Shown one piece after another: positions 34,740-47,100 of a stretch of DNA of 64,000 nucleotides. The position numbers and the translations under genes are program-made. Under the pieces are notes generated by a model that did not search any database, was not told where the DNA came from, and saw only the letters and a program-made list of their open reading frames with translations. The DNA is from Sminthopsis crassicaudata (Eukaryota). Each line of letters starts with the position of its first letter. Position 1 is the stretch's first letter. Where the stretch lies: NCBI RefSeq assembly GCF_048593235.1, contig NC_133622.1:250298055-250362054 (forward strand), in the 5' to 3' direction.

Positions 34740-37255
34740 TGCTTCAGGGAGCAGCTGAGGGAACCAAAGGAACATTCAGCATGAGAGGAGCGCCAAAGCC
34801 AGGGCCGGGGCTCGGACTCTCGGTGTCAGGGGAACCAGGGGTGCCCAGGAGAAAGCCCATCCTCCAGAAAGGCAAGCTGAGCCCCCCGGGGGCCTTCTCG
34901 GTAAGGTCACCCAGCTGGTCCGGGGCCCAAGAGCAGAACCGGGCATTCTCACTGGACAGGAAACTGGCAGCTGGGCCTCTCTGGGTCTCCAGTCTTACCT
35001 GTACAGTGGGACCTGTGGGGCGGGATGGGCAGAGAAACACCTTGGGTCAGACCCACTCCAGACACCACATTCTGGGTGACCCGGGCAAGCAGCATCAACT
35101 TCCACAGCAATAAATGGGCCCGTGCCTACTATATCTCTATCTCGGGGTTGGGGGAGTTCTGAGGAGGTCGTTTGGCAGGGGCAGAAATGTCAGGGTAATG
35201 ATCTCTGCCACCCGCTCGGGCCCTGGCATCCAGGGTATTCGGCCTGGCCCCAGTATGGTGTGGTCCCAAGTGGGCAGGGCTGTCTGCGGGCATGGCATGG
35301 CCGTCTGCATCCTCTGAGAGGCTGATACCCCTGGGATGGGAGGATGTGGGGGTGGAGGCTTCGGCCTGGGAGGCCTGAAAGGGCTCGGCCAGGCCTAATT
35401 GCTGGTAATTGTTGGCTGCCAGTCTCAGACAGCCCAGCGCTCGTGCTCATGGCTCCATCTGAGATGGAGATGAGGGCTCTGCACAGACTCCATGTGGCCT
35501 CCAGGACCCCCCGAGCCCAGGGCCAGCTCAGGCCAAGCAGGGAGGCCCCTTAGGTGCCCAGGCATTCCTGCCAGGAGAGCTGGCACAGATGGCTGCGAGG
35601 GCCCAGAAGGGGAGAGGACTCCTTAGGGCTGGAACCCGAGCTTGGGCCAATGACAGGCGCTATCCTGCCAGAGAACCTGGAACATGGCCGGGCTCGGAGC
35701 TTGGGAAATGGTCCTGGTGATGATGGTGACCAAGTCGGGGGGGAGGGAGAGGAGGAGGAGGAAGGAAAAGGATCTTGCATCCAGAGCTGGAAGCACACCT
35801 CTCTGCCAGGCCCTGGGTGCTGCTGGGAGTCTGGAGGGTGCCTGGCTGCGTCCTGAGACCCTGGGAGCGCCTCCATCTGTGAAATGGGCAGGAATGGGGA
35901 AGAACCTGGACTCCACTCTGGAGAGTCCTGGGGGAGGGCCTCAGTCACCCAGCTGTACAATGGGCCCAGAATTCTCCTCCCAGCCCTGGTTCACCTTTGC
36001 TTCCCCTCCTCCACAGAGGTGATGGTGAGCTGGGGCTGGGGGGGGGGGTTATCTCAAGTGGTCTCACCCCCTCCTGTTCCTACCTGCCAGAGGGCCCAGC
36101 TCCAGGAGCAGCAGTTGGGGTCAGGCCTAGCTCAGGCCTTGGAGCCACTGCCACCAAACAGTGACACCTAGAGGCCAGAAGGGGGCAGGCAGGGGCCTGG
36201 TACCGCCCTTCCCCAGGAGCCCTCCTTCTACCTGGGTTCCAGGTGCAGCTGGCACCCAGCCCTCAGCTTTACACAGGGGGAAACTGAGGCTCCAGCTGGC
36301 CCTGGGCATCCTCGGCTGCGCATTTGTAGGTTTGCCAAGCAGCCCCCTTCCCTTAACCGGGAGTGGAGCATGATTTATACCCATTTTAGGGCTAAGAAAG
36401 CCTAGGCCCAGGCAGGTCACCTGGCCAAGATAAACCCAGGACTTCCTGATTCCTGACCCGGGCAAGTCCCCGTTCCTTCTGGGCCCGGCTTTACTGTTGT
36501 TGTCATTGTTATAATCGTCATTGTGGTTAATTACAAATACTGAATTAAATATTAACTCAAATACTGCATAAATATTGAATCAAAATCAATTAAATTTTAG
36601 AATAAATCAAAAATATAAATTATGGATACATTATAATGCAAGAGTAATTATTATTATTAATTGCTCCCATAGACACAGCACTTCAAGGTTAACAAAATAC
36701 ATTTGTTGCAGCAATTTCAGGTGAGAGACATCTCTGTTCCTCAGTTTCCCCCGCCCACAATAGAAAGCAGTCCGCCTGGCCGGCCCCTTGTCCCCATTCC
36801 AGCTGTGGAGGGCCCGGGAGGCCCCTGGGCCCCAGGGGGGAGTCCCAGCCCTGCCAGGCCCTTTCTGGCTAGTCGTAGAAACCTTAGTGAGACAGTGGAA
36901 TCCCCTCTGGTCACCAGGCCTGCTCCTCTAGGGGGGACAGTGACCCCCCTGGCCACCAGAGCCCCCTTAGGGCGCAGGCTTCCAGAGTCCAGGGGATTTA
37001 CTCCCTTTCACATCCAGATCCCTGTGACGGGGACCTAGGAAGGAGCACTTACTCAGTTTCTGTAAGGGGCACATCCCTTCCCGTGACTCACTGGCACTCC
37101 ACCACAATCCCAAGGCCACGTTTAAAGGGAAGGTGGGGATCATTCACTAGAGTTTATGGGAGAGCCCAGCTGATGTGCCCGGGTGGAAGGGAATCATGTC
37201 TGCAGAGACTCTTCCTTTATGAAGATTATTTTATATATAAACTTTATTAAAAACA

Positions 37256-37442
37256 GGCAGCTGGGTAGTGCAGTGGTTAGAGTACTAGGCCTGACATCAA
37301 GGGGCCCTGAGTTCACTTCCTATCGATTTGACACTTAACCTTACTTGCCTCAGTTTCCTCATCTGTAAAACGGCAAACGACTCCAGATATCTCTGCCAAA
37401 AAAAACCCAAATGGAGTCATGGAGAGTAGGAGACGACTAAAT
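37256..37442 (+). mobile_element. CORE-SINE (MAR1/MIR-like)
   Basis: tRNA-like head GCAGCTGGGTAGTGCAGTGG, CORE block GCCTCAGTTTCCTCATCTGTAAAA, and an RTE-like tail CCCAAATGGAGTCATGGAGAGT...ACGACT. Confidence 0.8.
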
Positions 37443-37769
37443 TGATTTTTTAAAAACAAAGCAATATAATACGAACTGTACTTTTAGTACATTTACTGCA
37501 GCTTGTCATTTGCCAGTAGAAAAGTATTTTATATCCTAATCAGTTGGGCAATTTCATCAAGTGATTATACGGCTGAAGATAAAAATGAATTTCCATCTTT
37601 TAGCAAGAGAGTAAACTTCTCCCTGCATTTTTTAAATCGTATTTTTGTAAGTTGGAGTTTTGACTTCTTGCTTGGTTGCTTTATTTTCTCATTTCCCCCC
37701 TTTTTAATATGATCTTTCTTGTGCAGCATGATCAATGTGGATATATGTACAGAACAATTACTCATTTAA

Positions 37770-37940
37770 CAAATATTGGAAAAAGAAGAAAAAAAAACAA
37801 ATATGGATTACTTGCTATCTAGGAGAGAACGAAGGAGGGAAGGGATGGAGGAAAAAATTTGGAGCATAAGGTTTAATGTTGAAAACTAGCTTCTCATGTA
37901 TTTTGAAAATGAAAAATTATTATTATGGGGAAAAAAAAAA
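37770..37940 (+). mobile_element. Marsupial L1 3' tail
   Basis: GAGGGAAGGGATGGAGGAAAAAATTTGG...ATGTATTTTGAAAAT plus an A tail; a similar tail lies at ~50770-51000. Confidence 0.55.
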
Positions 37941-40900
37941 GAACACAAAAAGAAACTCAAAGCAGAAGCAGATTTAAGTCTATTTGGTACGACGGAGTCA
38001 GAAATTTCAAACCCTTTCCCAAATTTTAAAAGCCTAACATTTAAATTGTTTAGACACGAATGTATTATGTTACATTAAACATCATCCAAATTGTAACTTA
38101 TTTAATTTAAAATGTTTTTATGTCCAACAAAATGTGCAAAAAAAGGAAATTTAATATGAAACCTTACAGATAATAGTCAGCATAAAAGGTCTTGCTGGAT
38201 TCCTTCTTTTAATTCTTACAAAATATCCCATATAAAGTATTTGTAATTATTTTATGAAGAGGTTTGTAATTTGATTTTTAGAGCTTTCATAAGTGCAACT
38301 GGAATACAATTTTATATTTTATAATTACAAAATGTTCTTTTTAATTTGGAGCTTTGAGCAAAAGTTATTTAAGTGCTTAAAGACTAAATCTAAAGGAACA
38401 TTATGAGTAGTATATTCAATTACCTTAGTGGTCCATGGCCCAGTTGGTATTGTTGTGAAAAGGGATTTGAGGAGCAAAAAGTTACCTTAGTGTGCCCGCA
38501 CACAGTAAGTGCTTAATAAATGCTTCTTGATTAACTATCCAGTTTTCAGTTTTCTTCTTCTCAAGCATTCTCTGGCAGTAACTGGTGAGGAGAAAAGGTG
38601 CTACATGCTACCTCCACTCCCAGGCCTTCACCCTGGGGGTCTTGGCTAGCTGTAATTGGTGGAGGAGGGCCAGTATCATTTTATGATTGACTGACAGCTT
38701 TCTCCCATAAAGACAGTAAAGGCTGTTGTCCTGGCCTTGGCCGGACCCTGTAACACATTCCCAGAGTCCCAGGGCCCATCCTGGGATGGGCCATTAGCTC
38801 CATAAAACAAAGATGGATGGCATCATTAAATTTGTTCTTGTCCTAGAGCTCAGGTTTAACTCTGTAGCCACTTGATCCATCATCCTGGCTCTGAGCTTTA
38901 TCTGGGCTAAGTGAAGGGGGAATGGATCCTCTGGACTTCCTGTTTACTCCTTCCTACACCGGGGGACCCGAGGCCATTCCTGATGTGTGGAGGCAGGCAA
39001 AGGTCTGCCAATGACCAGTGTCCTTTTCAGGACCGGCTGGGGGACGCTGGGAGAGTCTTTAAATCTCTTTTAAAAGCATAAATTCTGAAAAAATTTTCAT
39101 TTAAATGTTTTTAAAGAAAAGAGTATACATTTGAAAAGAAAATTTTAAAAAGAAGAAAAGGTTCTAGACAAGGTGACGCTGACCAGCAGCAGATGGACTT
39201 TCCTCTTGTTCAAATGATGCCTCTCAATGCTTTCGAGAGCCTGCAAAGCGTCCACCTCTGGCTTGACTTCCTTTTTTCTTCTCATTTTATTTATGGTGAG
39301 AAATCACTTTGATGAAACTCCCTCCACTGGTCTCTGGACCAGGCTAGAGTAGCGGCAGCTCGGTTAACGTTGCCAGCCTAAAAACTATTTCCTGACACCC
39401 TTCGCCTCCTCTCCCAATACTCTAGGGGTCTTGCTAGAGGAGACGCCATTTTATTTTTTCATTCTTTCCTTCTTTCATGGGTTTCCATGGCCAAAGAATC
39501 TCTCTCTCTCTCTTTTTTTTCTTTGGTCAATTTATTTAGTTTTAAAACCCATTGCTTTTATGAATCATGTTGGGAGAGAAAAACCAGAGCAAAAGGGGGA
39601 AAAAAAAAAGCAGAAAAAAGAAGTGAACCAAGGATCATCACCGTGACCCGGTGGACAGAAGAGTGGACTGTCCACTTCTCCACTGAGGGCAGACTCAGCT
39701 CCTCATTGGTTCTGGGATCAAATCCCGACTCCTCACCTAGCTTCCAGAGCCCTTTCCCACGCAGCCCAAGTTATTGTCCCTCCGGCCTTCCTGTCCTGCT
39801 CCAGATCCTCTGGGGGGACTCCCCGCTGCGGGGAGGATTTTAGTTAAAGCTCCCTGAGGGCAGGGGCTGTAGCCCAGTGCCCGGACAGAACAGGCACTTA
39901 ACCCTAGGAGGACCGGCCCCAGAGATCCAGAAGGATCCATCTCCAACACGGGCTGGGTGATCATGGACAAACTACTGAGAACTTTGGTCTCCTCTTCTGG
40001 AAAATGGAGATAGTGACACAAACCGAAAGTTTCTGATGGAATCTTGCAAACCCTCATGGGCAGAAGGATGAGCAGAGACTAGTTTGAACTCAGGGCCTCT
40101 TTCTGGAAAATCCAGCTCCCTCTCCACCGTACCCTGCTGCGGCCTCCCCGGGTGTTCCGAGGGAGAGCTCAAGATCCAGGCCCCAGCCCAAGCTGGGGAG
40201 GGGGCGCTTCGGGCGGCTGGGAGCGGCCCGCCCCTCGCCTTGTCCCAGATTCTCCCCAGTCACCCCATTCAAGGAAAGGGAGCGGGACTTTACAAAAGGA
40301 AGGGCCTTTGTCAAACCAGGTGTCCTGATTTTTGTATTTGGAAAACTAGGGCACGGACCGCTTCAAACAGGGAGTGGCTGAGGTTCAGGGGCTCCCGGGG
40401 ATCAGGTCTGTCCTTCAATCAATCCATTGTGCTCGTGTGAATCTCTAAAAAGTCACCGTGAATCTACACATGTGAAAGTACTCGGACCTGGGGGGCAACG
40501 GAGGGAGGAAAGGGAGCAGGGAGCCATGCGTAGGTGTGTGGGCAGCTGGGTGACCCAGTAAATGCGGTGCCAGGCCTGAAGACAAATTAAGGGCTCCAGG
40601 CCTCCGGCCACTGCCCTGGATGAGACCTTCCTCAGGCGGGGTGGGCAGAGAAACTGATAAAAATTAATTTGGAAGAAGGCTGCTCCCTCCCTCTCCAGGT
40701 AATCAGGCCTAAGTCCCAGTTCTCTCCAGCCAAGGCTGTTTCCCCCCAGGACAATCTCCGGGCCAGCCCTCGCCTCGGGGTCTTTCCCCTTCCCTTCCCC
40801 CAGCCCGTTCTCCCCCTTCTGGCTCTTTTAGGGCACGAGCCCCTTTCTCGGTGCCCCTGAGGGGGGGGGAGGGGAAGGGGGGCTCCTTTCTCCTGGGAAA

Positions 40901-42105
40901 TCCTGAGTTCCTCTGGGGACCCGGCCTCCCAGGCTCTCCCACTGCATTTCTCCCCTCCCCCAGTCGGTGTACCCCTTCATTTTGTCGTGACCCCTCCCCT
41001 AAAAAAACCCACCTTTTGCCTGAGAGAATGCCCACTGTGACTCCTTCCCATGCCCGAACCCCAACTTTGGGCCCCAACCCCATAACCCGTCACCTGAAAC
41101 AGGGGAGCTAGGCCGGGGCTTTTCACTTTCCTACTCTGTAAAACGGGCCGATAATACGGCCGATCCTTCTGGCCTCGCAGGGCTCTGGAGAGGGCTCTCC
41201 CTGCTGGGCCCCGCTCCTGAGGGTCCCCAGTGGGGCACAGTCATGGTCTGGATCCTCGCTCCCCGTCTGCGGGGGAGGGGGGGAGGGGACTGCTTGTCCA
41301 GAGCAGCAGCAGAGCCGTGGAGCGCGGAGGGAGCGCGGAGGGAGCGCGGCCCAAGCCTTGCCCAGCTCCACATCCTGGGAGGCCGGGAAAGGCAGCAGAG
41401 GCCCGGGTGCTCCCGGGAGAGGCTGCGGCGCTTCCCCAAGTCCCGGGGGCCTCCTGCTCCGCAGCCTCACTTCCTGCTTCCCCTGGGCCTCCCCTGGGCT
41501 GCCGCCGGCGCAAGGCGGCTCAGGGCCGGGGCCCACCGTCTGCCGGGAGGCCCCTGACTCCCCAACATCCGGGCGCCTGCGGTCCCACCTCCAGCCCGGG
41601 GCTCCAGCCCCGCTCCTTTAGGCCGCTGCCTCCGGCCAGCGGCAGAACGAGGCCCAGAGGCGTGGGCCAAGTACAAAGGCCACTGTGCCCATCTTACAGG
41701 GGAGGAAACTGAGGCGGAGAAGCAACGTGACTCCCGGCTCAACCTAACTGTGGCGCTTGTAACCCAGCCCCTGGGGGGAGGGGGGCGGGGGCCTGAGGGA
41801 TTCGGGGTCAGACAGCAAGCCGGCGCACCTGGGGCACACGGGGGTTACTGACTTCCATTAAATCTCGCCAAGCCCCTCGCCCCCAGGGCGGGCCCTGCCC
41901 TCAACAAGCTCGCAGATGAGCCTCTGAAGCCGCCCCCCCGGAAGTCCCGGGCGCCCCCCAAAGGGGAAGGAAGCACTGCAGGGAGTCACCTTTGGTGAGG
42001 AGGACGCCCCAGGGCCCGAGAGTGGCGCAGAAAGCCCGAAGCCGTCCCTGTTATTATTGTGAAGACAACCGGCCTCCACCCCGACATCCCGGGGCCTTGG
42101 TCTGC

Positions 42106-42470
42106 AAAGTGAGGGCGACTCCCTTACGGCCAATCAGAACATCAGGAAAGTGAGGGAGACTCCTTTCGACCAATCCGAATATCAGGAAAGTGAGGGAAAC
42201 TCCTTTCGACCAATCAAAACGTCAGGAAAGTGAGGGCGCCTCCCTTACAGCCAATCAGAACGTCAGGAAAGTGAGGGGAGACTTCTTTCGACCAATCAAA
42301 ATGTCATAAAAGTGAGGGAGACTCCCTTATGGCCAATCAAAACATCAGGAAAGTGAGGGAGACTCCTTATGGCCAATCAGAACGTCAGGAAAGTGAAGGT
42401 GCTTCTCTTATGGCCAATATGGCCAATCAGAGTGTTTAAAAGTGAGGGCGCTTCCCTTTAGGCCAATTAC
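42106..42470. promoter_or_regulatory. Tandem array of nine ~40-41-bp units carrying ten CCAAT boxes; probable MAJIN (possibly bidirectional) promoter
   Basis: Units start at 42106, 42147, 42187, 42227, 42268, 42309, 42350, 42390 and 42439; consensus AAAGTGAGGGAGACTCCCTTAYGGCCAATCAGAACGTCAGG. Confidence 0.8.
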
Positions 42471-43102
42471 AGGATTTTCTATGAAAATGGAGCCTTGAGA
42501 CTGGCCTTCCTGAAATCTGCTTTTCCGGCTCATTCCCTCCCCCAAGCAGCTCTTGGCTTGGAGTCAGGCCAGAGCTGGCCCAGCCGCCCCCACAAACATA
42601 AGGTAAGTGACTCGGCCAGGGTGGCCCAGCCAGGCTCATGGGGCGGGAGCTGAACCGGCCCCAGGCCCAGGACCCCCCCCAGCCCTGTCTTGCGGTTACA
42701 GATAAGAGCTGCAGGATGAGCTAAGGGAATGACGGGGCCCCCACCTTTGTCCGCTTTGTTCTTGGGGGGAGAACGGAGGCCGCGGCAATAGGAGGCCGGA
42801 GGGAGGCCGGCCTCCTAGCCGTGGGGGCTGTCCCGAGCGGTAGGGAGCTCCGTCCCTGGGACTCCGGGGGGCTCCTCACTCTGGTCCCGTTGGCCGGGCC
42901 GCCCCCTCGGCTGCTTTCTCCGGGCGCGGGTCCCTCCTCCCACAACCTCCCAAGGCAGCGCTCCTCCTCCCCCGTGGCCCGTCAGTGGAAGGGGAGGCAG
43001 GCCTGCACCCCCCAGCCCCCTGCAGTGCCCCCCGGGACCCCCACAGCCTGAAGGTTTCAGCCCTGCCGGAAGAAGAGGCCGAACCAAGCGGGGAAGCTTC
43101 TG

Positions 43103-43108
43103 TTTATT
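43103..43108 (-). terminator. Candidate BATF2 poly(A) signal
   Basis: First TTTATT seen on the + strand downstream of the BATF2 stop, about 1.07 kb away. Confidence 0.45.
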
Positions 43109-44178
43109 TTCTGTGACGCCCCCCAGACTCCCAGCGGGGGACCCGACACCGCCCACCTGCGGATGTGCCCGCTTCGGAGGTCTGGCCCGGCTGGCAGCTG
43201 CGGCTCTGGGCCCTCGGTGTTGGGAGGCTGGCCGGGCGCTGGCGTGGGGGGCGGCCGCGTGGGCACACGCGTGTCCTCCTCCCCCACTTCTTCCCCCGCG
43301 GCCCGGGAACCAAGCACGCCGCGCTCCGCTTGGCATCTGGAGCCCTTCCTGTCTCTCGCTCCGGGGACGCGGCCTCCAGCTGCCCCGGCCCCCGCCCCGG
43401 CATCCTCCCCGGGCCCCGGGCTTCCCCAGGCCCTGTCAGTTCCGGGGCCTCCCCCGAGACATCCGGCCGGCACGGGGCTGCTCGTGTGCTGGAGCCCCAG
43501 AGGCACGCTTTCTGTCCCGGCCCGGCCGTCCTCAGCGCCTGGACTGGCCTGGAAAGGCCGGGAGGAGGCAGAGAGCCCGCAGCCTCCGCCCCGCTTCCCG
43601 CCTCCTTTCCCCCTTGTCCGGGCTCGGGGCAGTGAGACTCAGAGAACCTCGGGAAGGAGTTATGAAGGCCGGACCACAGCCAGCTGCTGGAGAAACCGAG
43701 GCGCAGAAAGGGGTCGCAGCGGGGGGCAGGAATGAGGGTTCTTTGGCTGACTCCGGCAGGCCCCGGGATGTCTCAGAGACAGGCCCGAGCGCTTGGGGGC
43801 GGCCGCAAGCGTGGGACACGCAGCCCGCCAGCGGAGTCCGTGCTCCTCGGCCTTCGAGGGGGAGCGCCCGCGGGAATCCGCTGCCGGGCCAAGGAGGGGG
43901 CGGCCGGGCAGGGTCACGGGCCTCGTGTCCCGGGGTGGGCCGGCCGGGCCCCCAGAGAGGGAGCTGAGCACCCCGGCCCTCCCCAGGCTCGGCAGCTTGT
44001 TCTCCGGGTCAGGGTTCTGCTGATGGAGGAGCCGGGACAGGAAAGGGGGGCTGCGTGATGCAGCCTCCGGCCCAGGGTCAGGGAGGGAGGGTGGAGCTTC
44101 AGAGGGACGTGGAGTCCGGCAGGGGCGGTGGGAGGCCCTCGGTGGGGGTAGTGGAGACTCTTCATGCGTTTGTTCTTC

Positions 44179-47100
44179 TCATGCCCTCTCTGAGGTTTCT
44201 GGGCAGCGGAGGAGCAGGCTGCCAGCTGGGGGAAGAGGGCCGAGACCAGAGGAAGAGGCCGGGAGGCTGGGAGGCCCATGGGCTTGGGTCAGGGCTGCCA
44301 GAGGTGGGAGAGGGGAGGAGAGGGAGCCATGGGAGAAGAAGCCGGGAGGAGGCGGGGCCTGCACTGCAGGGGCTGGAGGGGGCCCAGCAGAGGGGGAGGC
44401 AGGGGCCTGCGCAGGCGGGGGGCGCTGACCCATCGGGGGCGCCCGCTCAGGCGGGGTCTGGGCAGAGCCGGGAACCTCGGTCAGGAGGCAGACGCGCTGA
44501 TGCTCCTCCAGGGTCCGGAGCCACCCTTTCACCTCGGCCTGCAGTGACCGGATCTCCTTCCGCAGGACTTGGTTGGCCTTCTCCAGCCACTCGTGTTCCT
44601 GGGGCCGGAAAGACACAAGGGAATGGCTCCGTCAGCCGGAGGGAGCCCCCGAGTCCGAGGCTGCTGGCGGTTCTGGGGGAGGGCGGGCATGCGCTGAGCC
44701 GCCGGCCCAGGCCTGAACTCGGAACTAGGCAGCAGGGGGGAGCAGGTCACCCGCTCCGGCCCACAATCCCTCTTCTCATCGCCCCTGGGGTCAGGCTGGC
44801 CAGAGCAGAGGGCCGCACTCCAGCAGCAGAAACCAAAGAACCAGAACCAGAACTTCATGGGGGAGACGCAAAACTCTGTGGGCTTTTAGGGGGTAACGGG
44901 AAAAGAGAAGGAAGAGGGTCCAAAACGGACGTACTAAAACCCAAAGGAGGGATTGTCTGTGGAGGAGAGTGAGCCAGGAGGGAGCACGGGGCAGGAGGGA
45001 GCACGGGGCAGGAGGGAGCACGGGGCAGGAGGGAGCACGGGGCAGGAGAGAGCACGGGGCAGGGGGGAGCACGGGGCAGGGGGGAGCACGGGGCAGGGAG
45101 GAGCACGGGGCAGGGGGGAGCACGGGGCAGGGGGGAGCACGGGGCAGGGGGGAACACGGGACGGGGGGAGCACGGGGCAGGAGGGAGCACGGGGCAGGGG
45201 GAAGCACGGGGCAGGGGGAAGCACGGGGCAGGGAGGAGCACGGGGCAGGGGGGAGCACGGGGCAGGGGGAAGCACGGGGCAGGGGGGAGCACGGGGCAGG
45301 GGGGAGCACGGGGCAGGGGGGAGCACGGGGCAGGGGGAAGCACGGGGCAGGGGGGAGCACGGGGCAGGGGGGAGCACGGGGCAGGGGGGAGCACGGGGCA
45401 GGGGGGAGCACGGGGCAGGGGGGAGCACGGGGCAGGGGGGAACAAGGGACAGGGGGGAGCACGGGGCAGGGGGGAGCACGGGGCAGGGGGGAGCACGGGG
45501 CAGGGGGGAGCACGGGGCAGGGGGAAGCACGGGGCAGGGAGGAGCACGGGGCAGGGGGGAGCACGGGGCAGGGGGGAGCACGGGGCAGGGGGGAGCACGG
45601 GGCAGGGGGGAACACGGGACGGGGGGAGCACGGGGCAGGGGGGAGCACGGGGCAGGGGGGAGCACGGGGCAGGGGGAAGCACGGGGCAGGGGGGAGCACG
45701 GGGCAGGGGGGAGCACGGGGCAGGGGGGAGCACGGGGCAGGGGGGAGCACGGGGCAGGGGGGAACAAGGGACAGGGGGGAGCACGGGGCAGGGGGGAGCA
45801 CGGGGCAGGGGGGAGCACGGGGCAGGGGGGAGCACGGGGCAGGGGGAAGCACGGGGCAGGGAGGAGCACGGGGCAGGGGGGAGCACGGGGCAGGGGGGAG
45901 CACGGGGCAGGGGGGAGCACGGGGCAGGGGGGAGCACGGGGCAGGGGGGAGCACGGGGCAGGGGGGAGCACGGGGCAGGGGGGAACAAGGGACAGGGGGG
46001 AGCACGGGGCAGGGGGGAACACAGGGCAGGAGGGAGCACGGGGCAGGGGGCCACCTCCCTTCGCCAGAGCTGAAGCGTACATATTTATTGCTTTTCTGTC
46101 ATGATCTGGGGGGGAGGACTCCTCCACCCCCCACCCCAAGTGGCTGTAAACAAAAGGCCTCTGCAAATGGACAAAATGGGGAGATTCTAGTTCAGTCCTT
46201 GCAGATCTTGGGGTGCTCCCTAAGTGCTGCTGTTGTCACTATCACAGCACCCCATCCTCCCGTCTTTGCCCCCAGCCGGGCCCTCCTTCCCTCCGCCCCC
46301 TTCGGCCCCTGCTTTGTTTGGTGGGATCCCAGGGAGTCCTCCCCCTTCCCCCTGCCCCCCCCCTCCCCGTGCTCCTGATTCTGTTCTCTGCAGCCAGGGG
46401 AGCGAGTCCCTCCTCAGACAGCACTAGGATGTTCCCTTCTGAGTCCCCATTGGGTGGGAGCTGTTTACCCAGCAAATAGTAGGTGCCAAATAAGTGCTGC
46501 TTGGCTGATACTCCCAGCTAAATACTGCCAGCTTCCCCTCTGCCCCAATCTCCAGCCCCCAGCGGCCTGGTCCCCCTGGTCCTAGCCTGCAGCTTAGAGC
46601 GCCAGTCCCAGGCGGAGCTGAGCGGGGGCTGGGCTGCTTCTCCAGAGCCCCAGGGCCTCCCGAACTCAGGGCGTTAGCCTTGTGGGACCTGCCTCATGTG
46701 CTGCAGAACGGATCCAGGGAGAAACGGCCTCAGAAAAGGACCCAGATTCTGGGCCCCAAACTGAGGCCTCCTGGGAACCAATGCAGACTTGTGTGCTTGA
46801 AGCTATGGACACTGAGACCCGGGATGGACCGCTTTGTAAAGTAGTGAGTTCCCCATTGCCTGAGGGATCCAAGTGAAGGCTGGGGTGTTGTGGAGGGGCT
46901 TCCTGCTCAGCTAGGGGCTGGACCCGTGCCCCCTGAGGTCCCTCCCAGCTCGAGGAGGCTGGGGTTCGGGGAAGGGAAGAGGGGGTGAGAAGGCCCAGGA
47001 CAGAGTCCTGGGTGCGAGGATTCCCAGACCTGGTGCAGCCCATCGGCCTTCTCGGTGTGCTTGTGCCGGCTGCGCTGAGCTGCCACCCGGTTCCTCTCTC

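Noticed and set aside
38773-38792. 9-bp inverted repeat GGCCCATCC-tg-GGATGGGCC (and GGAAAAA-ttg-TTTTTCC at 55821)
   Set aside because: Short enough to be expected by chance in 64 kb, with no supporting context.
42106-42470. CRISPR-like appearance of regularly spaced repeats
   Set aside because: Units are contiguous diverged tandem copies without unique spacers, in a mammalian genome with no cas genes.
44791-46378. Five ~400-aa ORFs (Cys/Pro-rich PCSPLPRAPPCPVLPP, or Gly-rich) resembling keratin-associated or SPRR proteins
   Set aside because: They are translations of the 17-bp minisatellite, open in several frames on both strands because the unit has no stop codon, and they lie in BATF2 intron 2.
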